Shown in pieces: positions 17,392 through 27,980 of a stretch of 64,000 nucleotides of DNA. A model generated the notes under the pieces. The model searched no databases, was not told where the DNA came from, and saw nothing but the letters and a program-made list of their open reading frames with translations. Source of the DNA: a virus. Every line of letters begins with the position of its first letter. Position 1 is the stretch's first letter. Made by a program: the position numbers and the translations under genes. The DNA lies in IMG/VR virus record IMGVR_UViG_3300010354_000046, positions 64,001-128,000 of that record; one strand, given 5' to 3'.

Positions 17392-18825
17392 ATGCCACGA
17401 TTATCCTTATATAGACCCGAACGAGGGCAAGACTACAAATTCATAGATCGTCAGATTTCTGAGATGTTTCAGGCTGGCGGCACGGACATTTATTTGCACA
17501 AATATCTGGGTCCTAAAAATCCTACGGAAGGGACTGCTGATCAACCCGTGTATGATGCTGTTAAAGAAACAAACATACAAGATTTGCTATTTTTAGAAAA
17601 TCGTGATAGAAAATACGAGTCTGAGATTTATAAACTTAGGACCATTTATGCAGTTCAACAAACCGACTGGAATCTGAGTCAATTTGGACTATTCATAGAT
17701 AACGACACTATTAATATCAGTGTACATATTAACGATATAGTAACAACAATAGGTCGTAAACCTATGTCAGGAGATGTGTTCGAGTTGCCGCATATGAAAG
17801 ACTTATTTGCATTAAACGATTTAAGTTTTGGTATGCCGCGATACTATGTTATTGAAGATGTTACTTTAGAAAGTGCTGGGTATAGCGTTACGTGGTATCC
17901 TCATTTGTATAGATTAAAATGTAAACGTATTGTTGATGCTCAACAATTTGCTGATATACTTGATAAGCCTGCTACCGATGCAGACGGCAATCCAACAGAA
18001 CAATCTTTACGAGAAATTTTAAGCATACACAACAAAGAGCTTGAAATTAATGATGCTATTGTACAACAGGCCGAAGCTGATGCATCTAAGAGCGGATACG
18101 AGACTAGACAATTTTATACACTAGCTGTTGATCCTACAACAGGTAAACCTGTATTGAACACAGCAGACTCTACTGAAATAAACGCCAGTACAATTAGTAC
18201 CTCTAGCAATGCGTTAAATGTTTCATCAAATAATGCAGTTCCGGTAAGAACGGGCTATACTGGATATCTTGTAGGTGACGGTTTTCCAAGTAATGGTTAT
18301 GATTTTGGGTTTGGTATTCAATTTCCAGAAGCGCCAGTCAAAGACGATTTCTATTTACGAACAGATTTTCTTCCTAATAGATTATTCCGTTTCGATGGAT
18401 CACGTTGGGTCAAAGTTGAAGATGCTGTTCGCATGAACATGACTAATACTGATACCCGAAACACGCTTAAAACTAGTTTCATTAATAATAGTAACTACAT
18501 TTATAACGATGCAGTCCAAGATGGCAGCGATTTTGTTGCATTGGAAAAAGGCGACTATATTATAGATACAAATATTAATTTCACTGTTACTAGTTTGTTT
18601 GTAGAATTTAAATTAAGTGTTGTATCATTTGGATTTAAATTGTCCGAGTACTCTCCTCCTTTAATCACAAATAACTTAGGAAAAATTAGGATTACCTTGC
18701 CAGTTGTTAACGATGAGCAATTAGTTATCCCAGAAACTGGTAGCTGGAGAATTACACTATGTAACAATCGAGAAGCGCAGAGACAATCTTTAAGTAAAGT
18801 TTTAAGACCTAAGGCAGATTTATAA
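17392..18825 (+). CDS. Neck/head-closure protein (gp14-like)
   Basis: DLLFLENRDRKY, LSQFGL, KPMSGD..ELP, Y.L.C pattern; lies between the gp13-like and gp15-like genes. Confidence 0.7.
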   Translation: MPRLSLYRPERGQDYKFIDRQISEMFQAGGTDIYLHKYLGPKNPTEGTADQPVYDAVKETNIQDLLFLENRDRKYESEIYKLRTIYAVQQTDWNLSQFGLFIDNDTINISVHINDIVTTIGRKPMSGDVFELPHMKDLFALNDLSFGMPRYYVIEDVTLESAGYSVTWYPHLYRLKCKRIVDAQQFADILDKPATDADGNPTEQSLREILSIHNKELEINDAIVQQAEADASKSGYETRQFYTLAVDPTTGKPVLNTADSTEINASTISTSSNALNVSSNNAVPVRTGYTGYLVGDGFPSNGYDFGFGIQFPEAPVKDDFYLRTDFLPNRLFRFDGSRWVKVEDAVRMNMTNTDTRNTLKTSFINNSNYIYNDAVQDGSDFVALEKGDYIIDTNINFTVTSLFVEFKLSVVSFGFKLSEYSPPLITNNLGKIRITLPVVNDEQLVIPETGSWRITLCNNREAQRQSLSKVLRPKADL

Positions 18826-20267
18826 TGCAACATTTTTATGACGGACAGATAAGAAGATACCTAACCCAAACAATACGAGTTTTAAGTAACTTTGTAGTAA
18901 AATATGGAGATGGTACTTTAGTTAGAATTCCTGTAGGCTACGGAGATGCTGATCGCCAAGCTGCCAATGTAGTTCGACAAAACACCGGATCATCTCTTAG
19001 TAGTGTTCCAAAAATAAGTGTTTATATATCTGGGTTAGATTTAGACAGTTCACGTTTGGGTGATTCGAGTTATGTTGGGAAAGTTCACATACGAGAACGA
19101 GATATCGATATTGCAACCGACAGATATACTCAAGGCCAGGGACGCAACTACACAGTTGAAAGAATGATGCCTACACCGTTTAAGTTAACCATGAAGGCCG
19201 ATATATGGACTGCCAACACTGATCAAAAATTACAGGTACTTGAACAAATTTTAGTATTATTCAATCCTAGCTTAGAGTTACAAACAACAGACAACTATAT
19301 CGATTGGACTAGTCTTAGCGTCTTAAATCTTTCACAGGTAAATTGGAGTTCAAGGCAAATTCCTGTTGGGACAGATAGTCCTATCGACATTGCTACTCTA
19401 ACTTTTGAAACTCCTATATGGATCAGTCCTCCTGTTAAAGTTAAACATCTTGGGGTTATACACAGTATTATTACTAGCATTTATCAAGACGCAGGTCGTA
19501 GTGATGATGCATACATAGAAGGCTTAGGTCATCCATTAACTTCAGGACAGAGTAATTTTGCAAATCTATTAACCAAAGAAATTGTTACAGTTACAGACTA
19601 TGTTATACAAGTATACAACGGTCAAGCAGTTTTGTTAAAAACAAATGAAGGATATGTTCCGAGAGAACCTGTTCTCGATATCCCTCAACGAAACGGAGTT
19701 CCAATTAATTGGAATGAATTGTTTGACAAATACCCTAAAAAGTATGCACCGGGGTCGACAATGATATTTTTAGTTCAGCCAAACGGGTCTGAAGTTGTTG
19801 GAACTGTACTGATTGATCCAACAAATGAAACAATATTAAAAATTAATTGGGATGCCGATACAAGGCCGCCTGATACCGATTTAGATAGCCCTGGTGACAG
19901 AAGCTCTAATGGCGGCAGAAGTTTAGGAACTTTTGACGCAATTATCGATCCTACAAAAACTTATCCTGGAAGCGGAATGACAAATTTAGAATCAGGAGAC
20001 AGATTTTTAATTATCGAGGATATAGTAGATACAAGTCTTAATGATCCAGTTGCACAAGGTTGGGGCGGGTTCGTTGCAGCAGCAAATGATATTATCGAAT
20101 GGGATGGATCGGCGTGGCAAATAATTTTTGAATCTGCTCAAGAATCTAACACCATGATCTGGCAAACTAATATATACACTGGTATACAATACGTGTGGAA
20201 TGGCGTAATGTGGGCTAAATCATTTGAAGGCGAATACGCACCAGGATCATGGAGAATAGAAATATAA
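18825..20267 (+). CDS. Tail completion / sheath stabiliser (gp15-like)
   Basis: FYDGQIRRY, IPVGYG, P.P.KL, Q.LEQIL..FNP. Confidence 0.8.
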   Translation: MQHFYDGQIRRYLTQTIRVLSNFVVKYGDGTLVRIPVGYGDADRQAANVVRQNTGSSLSSVPKISVYISGLDLDSSRLGDSSYVGKVHIRERDIDIATDRYTQGQGRNYTVERMMPTPFKLTMKADIWTANTDQKLQVLEQILVLFNPSLELQTTDNYIDWTSLSVLNLSQVNWSSRQIPVGTDSPIDIATLTFETPIWISPPVKVKHLGVIHSIITSIYQDAGRSDDAYIEGLGHPLTSGQSNFANLLTKEIVTVTDYVIQVYNGQAVLLKTNEGYVPREPVLDIPQRNGVPINWNELFDKYPKKYAPGSTMIFLVQPNGSEVVGTVLIDPTNETILKINWDADTRPPDTDLDSPGDRSSNGGRSLGTFDAIIDPTKTYPGSGMTNLESGDRFLIIEDIVDTSLNDPVAQGWGGFVAAANDIIEWDGSAWQIIFESAQESNTMIWQTNIYTGIQYVWNGVMWAKSFEGEYAPGSWRIEI

Positions 20268-20698
20268 ATGATAAAATTATCTGTAGTGGTGCTTTGATTT
20301 ATTCAAGATCCACTCAAAGATTTCTTTTATTACAAAAAGCTCAAGGTAAACATTCAGGCACTTGGGGGCTTGTTGGCGGTACAATGCACGAAGATGAAAA
20401 TCCATGGCAAGGTTTACAACGAGAAATTACCGAAGAAATAGGTAGTATGCCTGAAATAACAAAAACAATACCTTTAGAAACATTTGTCAGCAACGATACT
20501 GTGTTTAATTTTCACACTTATTTGTGTGTAGTTGAAAATGAATTTGTTCCCTTGCTAAGTGACGAGCACTCAGGGTGGGCGTGGTCAACTATGGATTCAA
20601 CACCAAAACCATTACATCAAGGTCTACGTAATAGTTTTAGTAATAAAACAGTAAAGACTAAACTACAAACTGTTTTCAATGTTATGGATTTGATTTAA
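20249..20698 (+). CDS. NUDIX hydrolase
   Basis: Nudix box GGTMHEDENPWQGLQREITEEIG; LSDEH. Confidence 0.9.
   Translation: MENRNINDKIICSGALIYSRSTQRFLLLQKAQGKHSGTWGLVGGTMHEDENPWQGLQREITEEIGSMPEITKTIPLETFVSNDTVFNFHTYLCVVENEFVPLLSDEHSGWAWSTMDSTPKPLHQGLRNSFSNKTVKTKLQTVFNVMDLI
20682..20690 (+). repeat. 9-bp direct repeat TTATGGATT, left border of the island
   Basis: Identical copy at 33503-33511. Confidence 0.6.
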
Positions 20699-22163
20699 TA
20701 TAATCGATCCATTGTTTGTGATTCACAGCATTTCTTTTCGTTTGATCTTTAATTAGGTTAATTTTTTCCGAGTAATTTTTTGTTGCGTTATAAAGATGAT
20801 GGTGATCTAAAAATTTCTTTAGCCCTTCTTTATTCTTAATCAGACCGTGACCGTATGCTACACAAGTAAAACTAGTAGATTCAAACATAAATCTATCATT
20901 TGGAATATCTTTACTTGTCAGGACTCCGTAGTTAAATTTTTCTTCCATTTCCAGTATCCATTTGGGTTTATTACCGGTCATGTATCGCCAAAAGTCGCTA
21001 TCTGTGCGGTTGGTGTTATAGAAAAATCTAATATACTTGAAGCTATTTTCATAGATTTCTGACATCGTATTATTATAGTTTCTTTGATCATACGCAAGAT
21101 GTGTTCCTTGAAATAGTCTTGTAAAATTATCAATTTGTATAATTAGATGATGAATACTGGTAGCTTCTAAAGGTTCAACAAATCCGCTAGCAAGACCGAT
21201 AGCAAGACAGTTACCTATCCATTGATTGTTATAGTAGCCGCTTGTAAAATTGATGACTCTATCGCTTTGCAATTCAACATCGTGTGTTTCAACTAACCAT
21301 CGATTAAAATCATTTTTTGCTTCTTCGTCTGTAGTAAATTTACTACTATAAACGTAACCTGTTCCTCGTCTGTTACTTAACGGAACATCAAGAATCCATC
21401 CGTTTTTGCTGGCAGTGGCTGTTGTATACGGAGGTATTTCATTAAAATTTTTAAACAACGGATTGGGTATAGTTTTATTTGTAGGTAACAATTCTGACAT
21501 ATCAATCCAGTCGGCATTGAATTGTTTAATTAAAATACGTTCGTATCCAGAGGCATCAATATAAACATCTCCTCGTATTACTTCTCCTGATTGAAGTTTT
21601 ATATAATCAATAACATTGTCTTTAAGAATTACTTCCGAAACTATTCCGTCAATGGTTTTAATTTTATCTTTAAATTTATTTTCGACATATTTGCTGAAGA
21701 GAGTTGCATCAACATGTAGTGCATGTCGATAGGATAAATCATTTGTACTAGGAATTAAATTATTTTGAAAAAAGAATTGTCCGTAATTATAGCCACCATT
21801 AGCTTGATCTTGCAAGATTTCATAAGCTTCAATGGCGTTGTAATTAAACATCACAGAGTCGATTGCTGCTAAAGATTCGTTGTGAGGAAAGCTGTGATAC
21901 CATTCGGCTCCGGGTTGTGCCCAATCTTTAAATTTAAGCCCTAATTTTATTGTTGCATTACAGTCTCTAATTAAATCTAAAGTAGATATGCCTACAGCTT
22001 TTAAGTATGCATCGAACACCGGAGTTAAACTTTCTCCTACGCCGATTCCTGGTTTTTTATGATCGTAGATTACAGTTATTTCAGCCCGATCGCCCCAGTA
22101 TGATTTAAAATAACTAGAAGCAACTGCTCCGCTTGTTCCTCCACCAATAATGACAATTTTCAT
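20682..22163 (-). CDS. Flavin-dependent tryptophan halogenase-like protein 1
   Basis: GGGTSG, GVGES, ATIKLG (catalytic Lys position), GWILDVP, FVEPLEATS. Confidence 0.88.
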   Translation of the reverse strand: MKIVIIGGGTSGAVASSYFKSYWGDRAEITVIYDHKKPGIGVGESLTPVFDAYLKAVGISTLDLIRDCNATIKLGLKFKDWAQPGAEWYHSFPHNESLAAIDSVMFNYNAIEAYEILQDQANGGYNYGQFFFQNNLIPSTNDLSYRHALHVDATLFSKYVENKFKDKIKTIDGIVSEVILKDNVIDYIKLQSGEVIRGDVYIDASGYERILIKQFNADWIDMSELLPTNKTIPNPLFKNFNEIPPYTTATASKNGWILDVPLSNRRGTGYVYSSKFTTDEEAKNDFNRWLVETHDVELQSDRVINFTSGYYNNQWIGNCLAIGLASGFVEPLEATSIHHLIIQIDNFTRLFQGTHLAYDQRNYNNTMSEIYENSFKYIRFFYNTNRTDSDFWRYMTGNKPKWILEMEEKFNYGVLTSKDIPNDRFMFESTSFTCVAYGHGLIKNKEGLKKFLDHHHLYNATKNYSEKINLIKDQTKRNAVNHKQWIDYIKSNP

Positions 22164-23617
22164 GTATGACTCCTAATTGCCAATAACATTTCTTTATGTG
22201 TTAGCACATCGTCTTGTTCAATTCTATTTGCATTTTCTAAATCTTCTAAAACTTTTAGTACATATTCTTTAGCTTCAACTGGTAGTGTGTCATACTCTTT
22301 TTTAATGCTATTTTGATCAAACAACTGTAGACCGTGAAGAATAAAAATATAGTGTAGTTCTTTAAACAAGACTGATTTCGATATTTTTTCAAAATCATCT
22401 TCAACAGGCATCTTGTATCGCCACACATTCAAATTTTGTTCTAAACTAGGAGGAAGTTTAGTATCGGCAACCTTACGCCAAAATTCTGTGTCTCGACGCG
22501 GACACACAAAATGTAATGTAATAAAATCTCGAATGTTTTCGACTATGTCTCTAAATGACTCGTTGTATTTGTCAATAGCATCTTGATTGTAATTAACTAG
22601 TCTTGTGATTAGCATAAAACATTGCTGTATAGTAGCTCCAATACTGCTTGCTTCGAGCGGTTCAACAAAACTACTACTCAACCCTAACGCACAACAATTT
22701 TTAATCCAAGCATGATCTAATGCGCCTGGTTCAAATTTAATATGTTGTCCTACTGTTATTTCATGACCTAATACTTTTTCAACTTCAATTTTTGCCTGCT
22801 CAGGAGTTAAAAAACTGTCATCAAAAATGTAACCATTGCCCCAACGGCCGTAAGTTGGTGTCCTAAAAAGCCATCCGTAATCCATTGCTTGAGCAAGACT
22901 CCACATATTATAATTTTCTGTATCTGGAGTCTGAAATACGATTGCGCTATTTGTATGAAGATATTCTTTGTGACTTATCCATTTGGCTCCAAGTTTACTA
23001 ATAAGAAACTTTTTAAAACCTGTACAGTCAGCGTAAAAATCGTATTTGTATGTTGCATCTTCACTTTTTAATAAATCTATTCCGTCGTCATTTACTACTA
23101 CTTCTGTTATTTCGTCGTGGTAGATTGTAATTTCTCGATCTAAAGCAATCTTTGTTAGATAGTCATTTAGTTTGAATGTATTGAAATGGTACTGCGCTAC
23201 TGGTGTTCTATTATTATCTAAAAACCACTTTTGCACTTTATTTTCCCAAAAAATTTCTCCAGATAATCTCCGAGAATCCATGCCGTCACTTACAAGTTTA
23301 GCATATATCATAGGATACTTTTTTAACCATACTAGATTGTATCCGTCTTGTATACTATGCATGTAATCGGGTACTCCCCAATTTTTAAAAACAATTCCCA
23401 TCTTCATTGTAGCATCAGTTTCGACTATCATTTCCCCTGTGTTAATGCCTACAAAATCTGCAAATGCACTCCAGTGTTCGGTTGATCCTTCGCCTACTCC
23501 TATAATTCCAATTCGCTTGCTACAAATAATATCGACTTGGTAATTTGGAAACCTTGTTTTAAGTATTAACGCAGAAACAAGTCCGGCTGTTCCGCTTCCA
23601 ACAACTGCAATACGCAT
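22160..23617 (-). CDS. Flavin-dependent tryptophan halogenase-like protein 2
   Basis: GSGTAG, GVGEGS, ATMKMG, GWLFRTP, FVEPLEASS. Confidence 0.88.
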   Translation of the reverse strand: MRIAVVGSGTAGLVSALILKTRFPNYQVDIICSKRIGIIGVGEGSTEHWSAFADFVGINTGEMIVETDATMKMGIVFKNWGVPDYMHSIQDGYNLVWLKKYPMIYAKLVSDGMDSRRLSGEIFWENKVQKWFLDNNRTPVAQYHFNTFKLNDYLTKIALDREITIYHDEITEVVVNDDGIDLLKSEDATYKYDFYADCTGFKKFLISKLGAKWISHKEYLHTNSAIVFQTPDTENYNMWSLAQAMDYGWLFRTPTYGRWGNGYIFDDSFLTPEQAKIEVEKVLGHEITVGQHIKFEPGALDHAWIKNCCALGLSSSFVEPLEASSIGATIQQCFMLITRLVNYNQDAIDKYNESFRDIVENIRDFITLHFVCPRRDTEFWRKVADTKLPPSLEQNLNVWRYKMPVEDDFEKISKSVLFKELHYIFILHGLQLFDQNSIKKEYDTLPVEAKEYVLKVLEDLENANRIEQDDVLTHKEMLLAIRSHT

Positions 23618-24393
23618 TACTTTATACTCCTAAAAGGACATGCATCAGTTTCAAGAGTTTTTATGAATAAATCTCGAGTTTTAGATTGTTTTAAAAATGT
23701 TTTAGCACCAGTCGACACTTGTGTTTTTTTAATCCACTCTTGTTCGCTAATAACTTGTATTTTTAATTCGACTTTTTTATCGGTAAGAGGAATGATGTGG
23801 ACAAGAGGAGTTCCAGCTTTCATAATAAATTCTTGCCTTATATTTGGAATCTCCATAAATGTATGCAAATGTAAACAATGCTGGCTGTTAAAATCAATAA
23901 CACCTCCAGCTGGCGCTAATTTATTAATCCAGAAAGGATCGTTGTTAGTAGTCCAATAGGGTTTTTGTATTAAAAATTTTGTACCAGTGGGTTCTTCTAT
24001 ATGCCATGGAAGCACTATCTTTACATGCTGATATCCATTAAACCCGCTCCATTGTCCGGGCCAGTGACTTTCTAAAGCAAACGGATTATCTGCACTAATA
24101 AAACTATATTTGCCATCAGTATCTATAATAACACTTACGTCAGTCCACAACGGAGCCATGAATCCAGTTTTAAAATAATCAATAACACCCGGGCAACCTT
24201 TAAGCGTTCCTGATGGGATTTTGTGCCTTGCGCCAGTTCCTGGATTTGTTTTTTCTTCGATTGTTTCCAAGGGCAAATCTTTAATCCAACCTGGGTAAAA
24301 TTTCATTGCTGGCATTATGGGTGTTGTTTTAGCAATCATCGAATCGTATGTAAAACAATTCAGTGTTATTTTTGATTTCTTAAAAAAGAACAT
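23617..24393 (-). CDS. Hypothetical protein (possibly DUF6065-like)
   Basis: K.CPG..D, PW, KAGTPL..IIP motifs; TAATG-coupled within the operon. Confidence 0.65.
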   Translation of the reverse strand: MFFFKKSKITLNCFTYDSMIAKTTPIMPAMKFYPGWIKDLPLETIEEKTNPGTGARHKIPSGTLKGCPGVIDYFKTGFMAPLWTDVSVIIDTDGKYSFISADNPFALESHWPGQWSGFNGYQHVKIVLPWHIEEPTGTKFLIQKPYWTTNNDPFWINKLAPAGGVIDFNSQHCLHLHTFMEIPNIRQEFIMKAGTPLVHIIPLTDKKVELKIQVISEQEWIKKTQVSTGAKTFLKQSKTRDLFIKTLETDACPFRSIK

Positions 24394-25043
24394 TATGCAT
24401 CAACTCCTACATTACCGGCAATGCTTATTCTGTAATCGTCGCTAGTATAAAACGGATTAACACTATGCGTCAGAGTTGCTGGAAAAAATAACATTTTTCC
24501 CTCAAACTCCTTGTCTACAGGTATAACCATTCCGCTATGTTGTCCTACTATGTTCGAATAATGAAATGTAAATTTAGAAACACGACGACTCTGGTCATTC
24601 ATATCGGGAAACATTCTGTCTTCGTCTTCTAAATTATAAGGAATTTTAATCCAGATAACAAAGCTAAAAATACCTGTGTGCAAGTGCGGCGGATTAAATT
24701 CATGTTTCTTTTGAAAGTTAACCCATAAATTTTTTAGTTTAAATTTCCTATTATCATTGTAAATGCCAATATCAACTTGAGGAGTGTAGTTCCATTTTTC
24801 ATCGTATAATTTAGTTAACGCAAGAGCTAAAGGCTCAACAGCATTCCAACAATCACTATTGGCAACATATTCGTGGTTTAAGTGACCTAGTAGATTTCTT
24901 TGAAATCCTTGATAAGAATCAAACTTTGATTCAAGCATTTGTTGAACGCTCGAAGTTAATACTTGCATAACATCGTTGGGTACAATTGCATCTATAACCC
25001 CAATGTTTGGTAAATCTCGAAATCTTGTGAGTAAGTTGTTCAT
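24393..25043 (-). CDS. Putative 2OG-Fe(II) oxygenase (TIGR02466-like)
   Basis: WVNFQ..HEFNPPHLH, FPA.L.HSV.P, RISIAGN. Confidence 0.82.
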   Translation of the reverse strand: MNNLLTRFRDLPNIGVIDAIVPNDVMQVLTSSVQQMLESKFDSYQGFQRNLLGHLNHEYVANSDCWNAVEPLALALTKLYDEKWNYTPQVDIGIYNDNRKFKLKNLWVNFQKKHEFNPPHLHTGIFSFVIWIKIPYNLEDEDRMFPDMNDQSRRVSKFTFHYSNIVGQHSGMVIPVDKEFEGKMLFFPATLTHSVNPFYTSDDYRISIAGNVGVDA

Positions 25044-25690
25044 ACTAATCTTAAGTTTCCTGCAACAGATATTCTGTAGTCGTCACTGGTATAAAATGGA
25101 TTTACACTATGATTTAAGTGAGATGGGAATATTGCAATATTTCCTTCAAAATTTTTGTCTATGTTTAATGAATAATTTCTAAGTTGGCCAAGTACGTTGT
25201 TATAATGAAAAGTAAACTTCGATGTTCGTGGGTCGCTGTTACTTACAACAGGAAATACTTTACGCTCGTCGTCTAAATTATAAGGAATGCGAACCCATAT
25301 AACAAAACTTAAAATTCCAGTGTGTGTATGTACAGGATTAAATTCGTATTTTTTTTGAAAATTTACCCATAGATCAGTAAGTCTTAACTGCTTCGGAACT
25401 GTTACATTAAACTGCTCGTCTAGTTCTTGGAAATAATGCCATTTTTCGTCGTACAAATTTGCTAAATGCAAAATAAAAGGCTCGATTTGCGGTATTAAGC
25501 CGTGCATGCCGTATTCGTTGTTCATATGTCCCAGCAGTAAATTTCGATAGTCGAATTCTTTATCAAACCCGCCGTTTAACATTCTATCAATATCTTGATT
25601 TAAGATACTCATTATTTCGTCAGGTACTTGGGCTATTAAAACTCCATATGTTGGAAGCTCCCGAAAATCTATAGAAAGTTGCTTGGTCAT
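25040..25690 (-). CDS. Putative 2OG-Fe(II) oxygenase (TIGR02466-like), tandem paralog
   Basis: WVNFQKKYEFNPVHTH, FPSHLNHSVNP, RISVAGN. Confidence 0.82.
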   Translation of the reverse strand: MTKQLSIDFRELPTYGVLIAQVPDEIMSILNQDIDRMLNGGFDKEFDYRNLLLGHMNNEYGMHGLIPQIEPFILHLANLYDEKWHYFQELDEQFNVTVPKQLRLTDLWVNFQKKYEFNPVHTHTGILSFVIWVRIPYNLDDERKVFPVVSNSDPRTSKFTFHYNNVLGQLRNYSLNIDKNFEGNIAIFPSHLNHSVNPFYTSDDYRISVAGNLRLV

Positions 25691-25775
25691 GTATTATCTC
25701 GTAAGTTTACTATATATCACAATCTCCCGAGTAGGTTTTAGAGTTTAGATAAATTACATAAACAAGGAAACTCAT

Positions 25776-27371
25776 ATGGACAGAAATAAGACGATTAAAA
25801 AAATAGTTATAGTTGGCGGCGGATCGGCTGGGTGGATGACTGCTGCAACATTAAAACATTTTTTTCCGTTAAATGAAGTAGTTGTTATTGAAAGTCCGGA
25901 TATTCCAATTGTGGGTGTCGGGGAAAGTACATTGGGAGGTATACGTTACTGGACCCAAGCCCTCGGTATTGATGAGAAAGATTTCCTGTCTTACACAAAT
26001 GGGTCGTACAAATTAAGTATTAAATTTACTGATTTTTATGATAAAGATGCAGGGTCTTTCCACTACCCGTTTGGAACGCCTGTGCTTACCGATGCGCCCG
26101 AAGGTCTTAACGAGTGGCAAGCAAAAAAAGTAATTTACCCCGACACGCCTGTGGAAGATTATTGCAGAACATTTTATTCGCAGATGCCTTTGATTGAAGG
26201 TAATAAGTATAGTTTGAATGAAGATGGCGATATTGACGGCTACCGAACTGATTCAGACGTAGCTTACCATTTTGATGCTCAGCTATTTGGAAGATGGCTT
26301 CGTGAACGGTACTGCATTCCGAGAGGAGTACAGCGTACAGAGGATACAGTCGTTGACATCAAAACCAACGACGACGGAATTGAAAAATTAATTTTAAAAT
26401 CAGGCCAAGAAGTTACTGCTGATTTATTTGTTGATTGCACAGGTTGGAAAAGTATGCTGCTAGGCGGTGCTCTTAAAGAACCGTTTACTTCTTATGAAGA
26501 CATGTTGCCAAATAATAGAGCATGGGCGGTACAATTGCCCTATGTAGATCCTGAAAAAGAAATTGAACCGTATACTAATTGTACTGCTATTGGACACGGT
26601 TGGTGTTGGAATATTCCGTTGTGGAGTCGTTTAGGCACTGGGTACGTGTACAGCGACAAGTATATTGACCCCGAAGGCGCTAAAGAAGAATTTAAACAGT
26701 ATCTTATGAGTAATAAGATGACTGTTCCTAGAACCAAAGAACAAGTAGATGCGTTACAGTTCCGTGATATCCAAATGAGAATTGGAATCCATGAACGCAC
26801 ATGGGTTAAGAATGTAGTAGCTATTGGGCTTTCTGCGGGGTTTATCGAACCCTTAGAAAGTAACGGATTGTTCAGCGTTCACGAGTTCCTTATGATGCTG
26901 GTAGCAGCTCTTGAAAGATCTCATACTAGCCAGTGGGACAAAGACGGTTATAACACCGCAACTTTATCTTTATTTAGAAATTTAGCAGAATTTGTAGCAT
27001 TACACTATGCCCTAAGCGGCCGCAATGATACAAACTACTGGGAAGCTATTAGCAAAAAAACATTTGATCCTGGAATGGTCAAGCGTATTCCTACTATTAA
27101 CAGAGGATTTGCAGACCTTGTAGATAAAAAGTTTTTTATGTTTGGACACAATTTACCCGGCGGCATTCATTGTATTGCAACAGGGATGAATTATTTTGTT
27201 ATGAATCGTGCAAACATTATACACGCCGAGTGGAAATTTGGGCATAACGCAAAACGTGTGTTGGATGAATTTATATTCAAAAGAAAATTCCTACAAGATA
27301 AATGGCAACGTGCAGCAGATCGATCTCCGACACTCTATCAATTTTTGAAAAATAAAATTTATAATGACTGA
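25776..27371 (+). CDS. Flavin-dependent tryptophan halogenase 3 (canonical motifs)
   Basis: GGGSAG, GVGEST, SYKLSI, GWCWNIP (WxWxIP), FIEPLESNG. Confidence 0.92.
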   Translation: MDRNKTIKKIVIVGGGSAGWMTAATLKHFFPLNEVVVIESPDIPIVGVGESTLGGIRYWTQALGIDEKDFLSYTNGSYKLSIKFTDFYDKDAGSFHYPFGTPVLTDAPEGLNEWQAKKVIYPDTPVEDYCRTFYSQMPLIEGNKYSLNEDGDIDGYRTDSDVAYHFDAQLFGRWLRERYCIPRGVQRTEDTVVDIKTNDDGIEKLILKSGQEVTADLFVDCTGWKSMLLGGALKEPFTSYEDMLPNNRAWAVQLPYVDPEKEIEPYTNCTAIGHGWCWNIPLWSRLGTGYVYSDKYIDPEGAKEEFKQYLMSNKMTVPRTKEQVDALQFRDIQMRIGIHERTWVKNVVAIGLSAGFIEPLESNGLFSVHEFLMMLVAALERSHTSQWDKDGYNTATLSLFRNLAEFVALHYALSGRNDTNYWEAISKKTFDPGMVKRIPTINRGFADLVDKKFFMFGHNLPGGIHCIATGMNYFVMNRANIIHAEWKFGHNAKRVLDEFIFKRKFLQDKWQRAADRSPTLYQFLKNKIYND

Positions 27372-27972
27372 TTTATATCCTTTATTTTCTCAGCCGGTAT
27401 TAACTGTTGATACGGACAAATCAAAGCTGGTAGATCTTGTATCTTATTGTGAAAATGTGCTACAATACAGATCTAACGCTGGAGGTAATTTTACTAGTTT
27501 GAATACAAGTGTATTAGATCTTGCCGAGTTCAGTGATGCAAAAGAACTGATTAACAACGCCATTAAAGTATACACCCAAGAAGTAATGTCCTGGACTGAC
27601 GAAGGTTTAAATTTCTTTGTAACTCAATCTTGGGTTAACAAAAATCCAAGAGGAACATGGCATCACGAACATTATCATTTGAATACAGTTTTAAGCGGTG
27701 TATTATATTTGCAAACTGTTGAGAATGATAGTATATCTTTTGTTAACAACTCGAAACCATTTTTTAAGTTTTACCCAACAGTTTCGAATATTTGGAATAG
27801 CGAAAGATTTAATATTGAAGCTAAAGATAATAGAGTAGTGTTATTTCCAAGTGGAATGTTGCACGGCGTGCCTTCGCATAATTCAAACTATAATAGATTT
27901 AGTTTGGCTTTTAACGTGTTTGTTAAAGGAAAAATTGGTAGCAAGGAAAATTTAACATATGTTGAATATTAA
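27364..27972 (+). CDS. Putative 2OG-Fe(II) oxygenase (TIGR02466-like)
   Basis: LFSQP, SWVN, HYH...SGVLY, FPS.MLHGV, RFSLAFN. Confidence 0.85.
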   Translation: MTDLYPLFSQPVLTVDTDKSKLVDLVSYCENVLQYRSNAGGNFTSLNTSVLDLAEFSDAKELINNAIKVYTQEVMSWTDEGLNFFVTQSWVNKNPRGTWHHEHYHLNTVLSGVLYLQTVENDSISFVNNSKPFFKFYPTVSNIWNSERFNIEAKDNRVVLFPSGMLHGVPSHNSNYNRFSLAFNVFVKGKIGSKENLTYVEY

Positions 27973-27980
27973 GGACTAAG

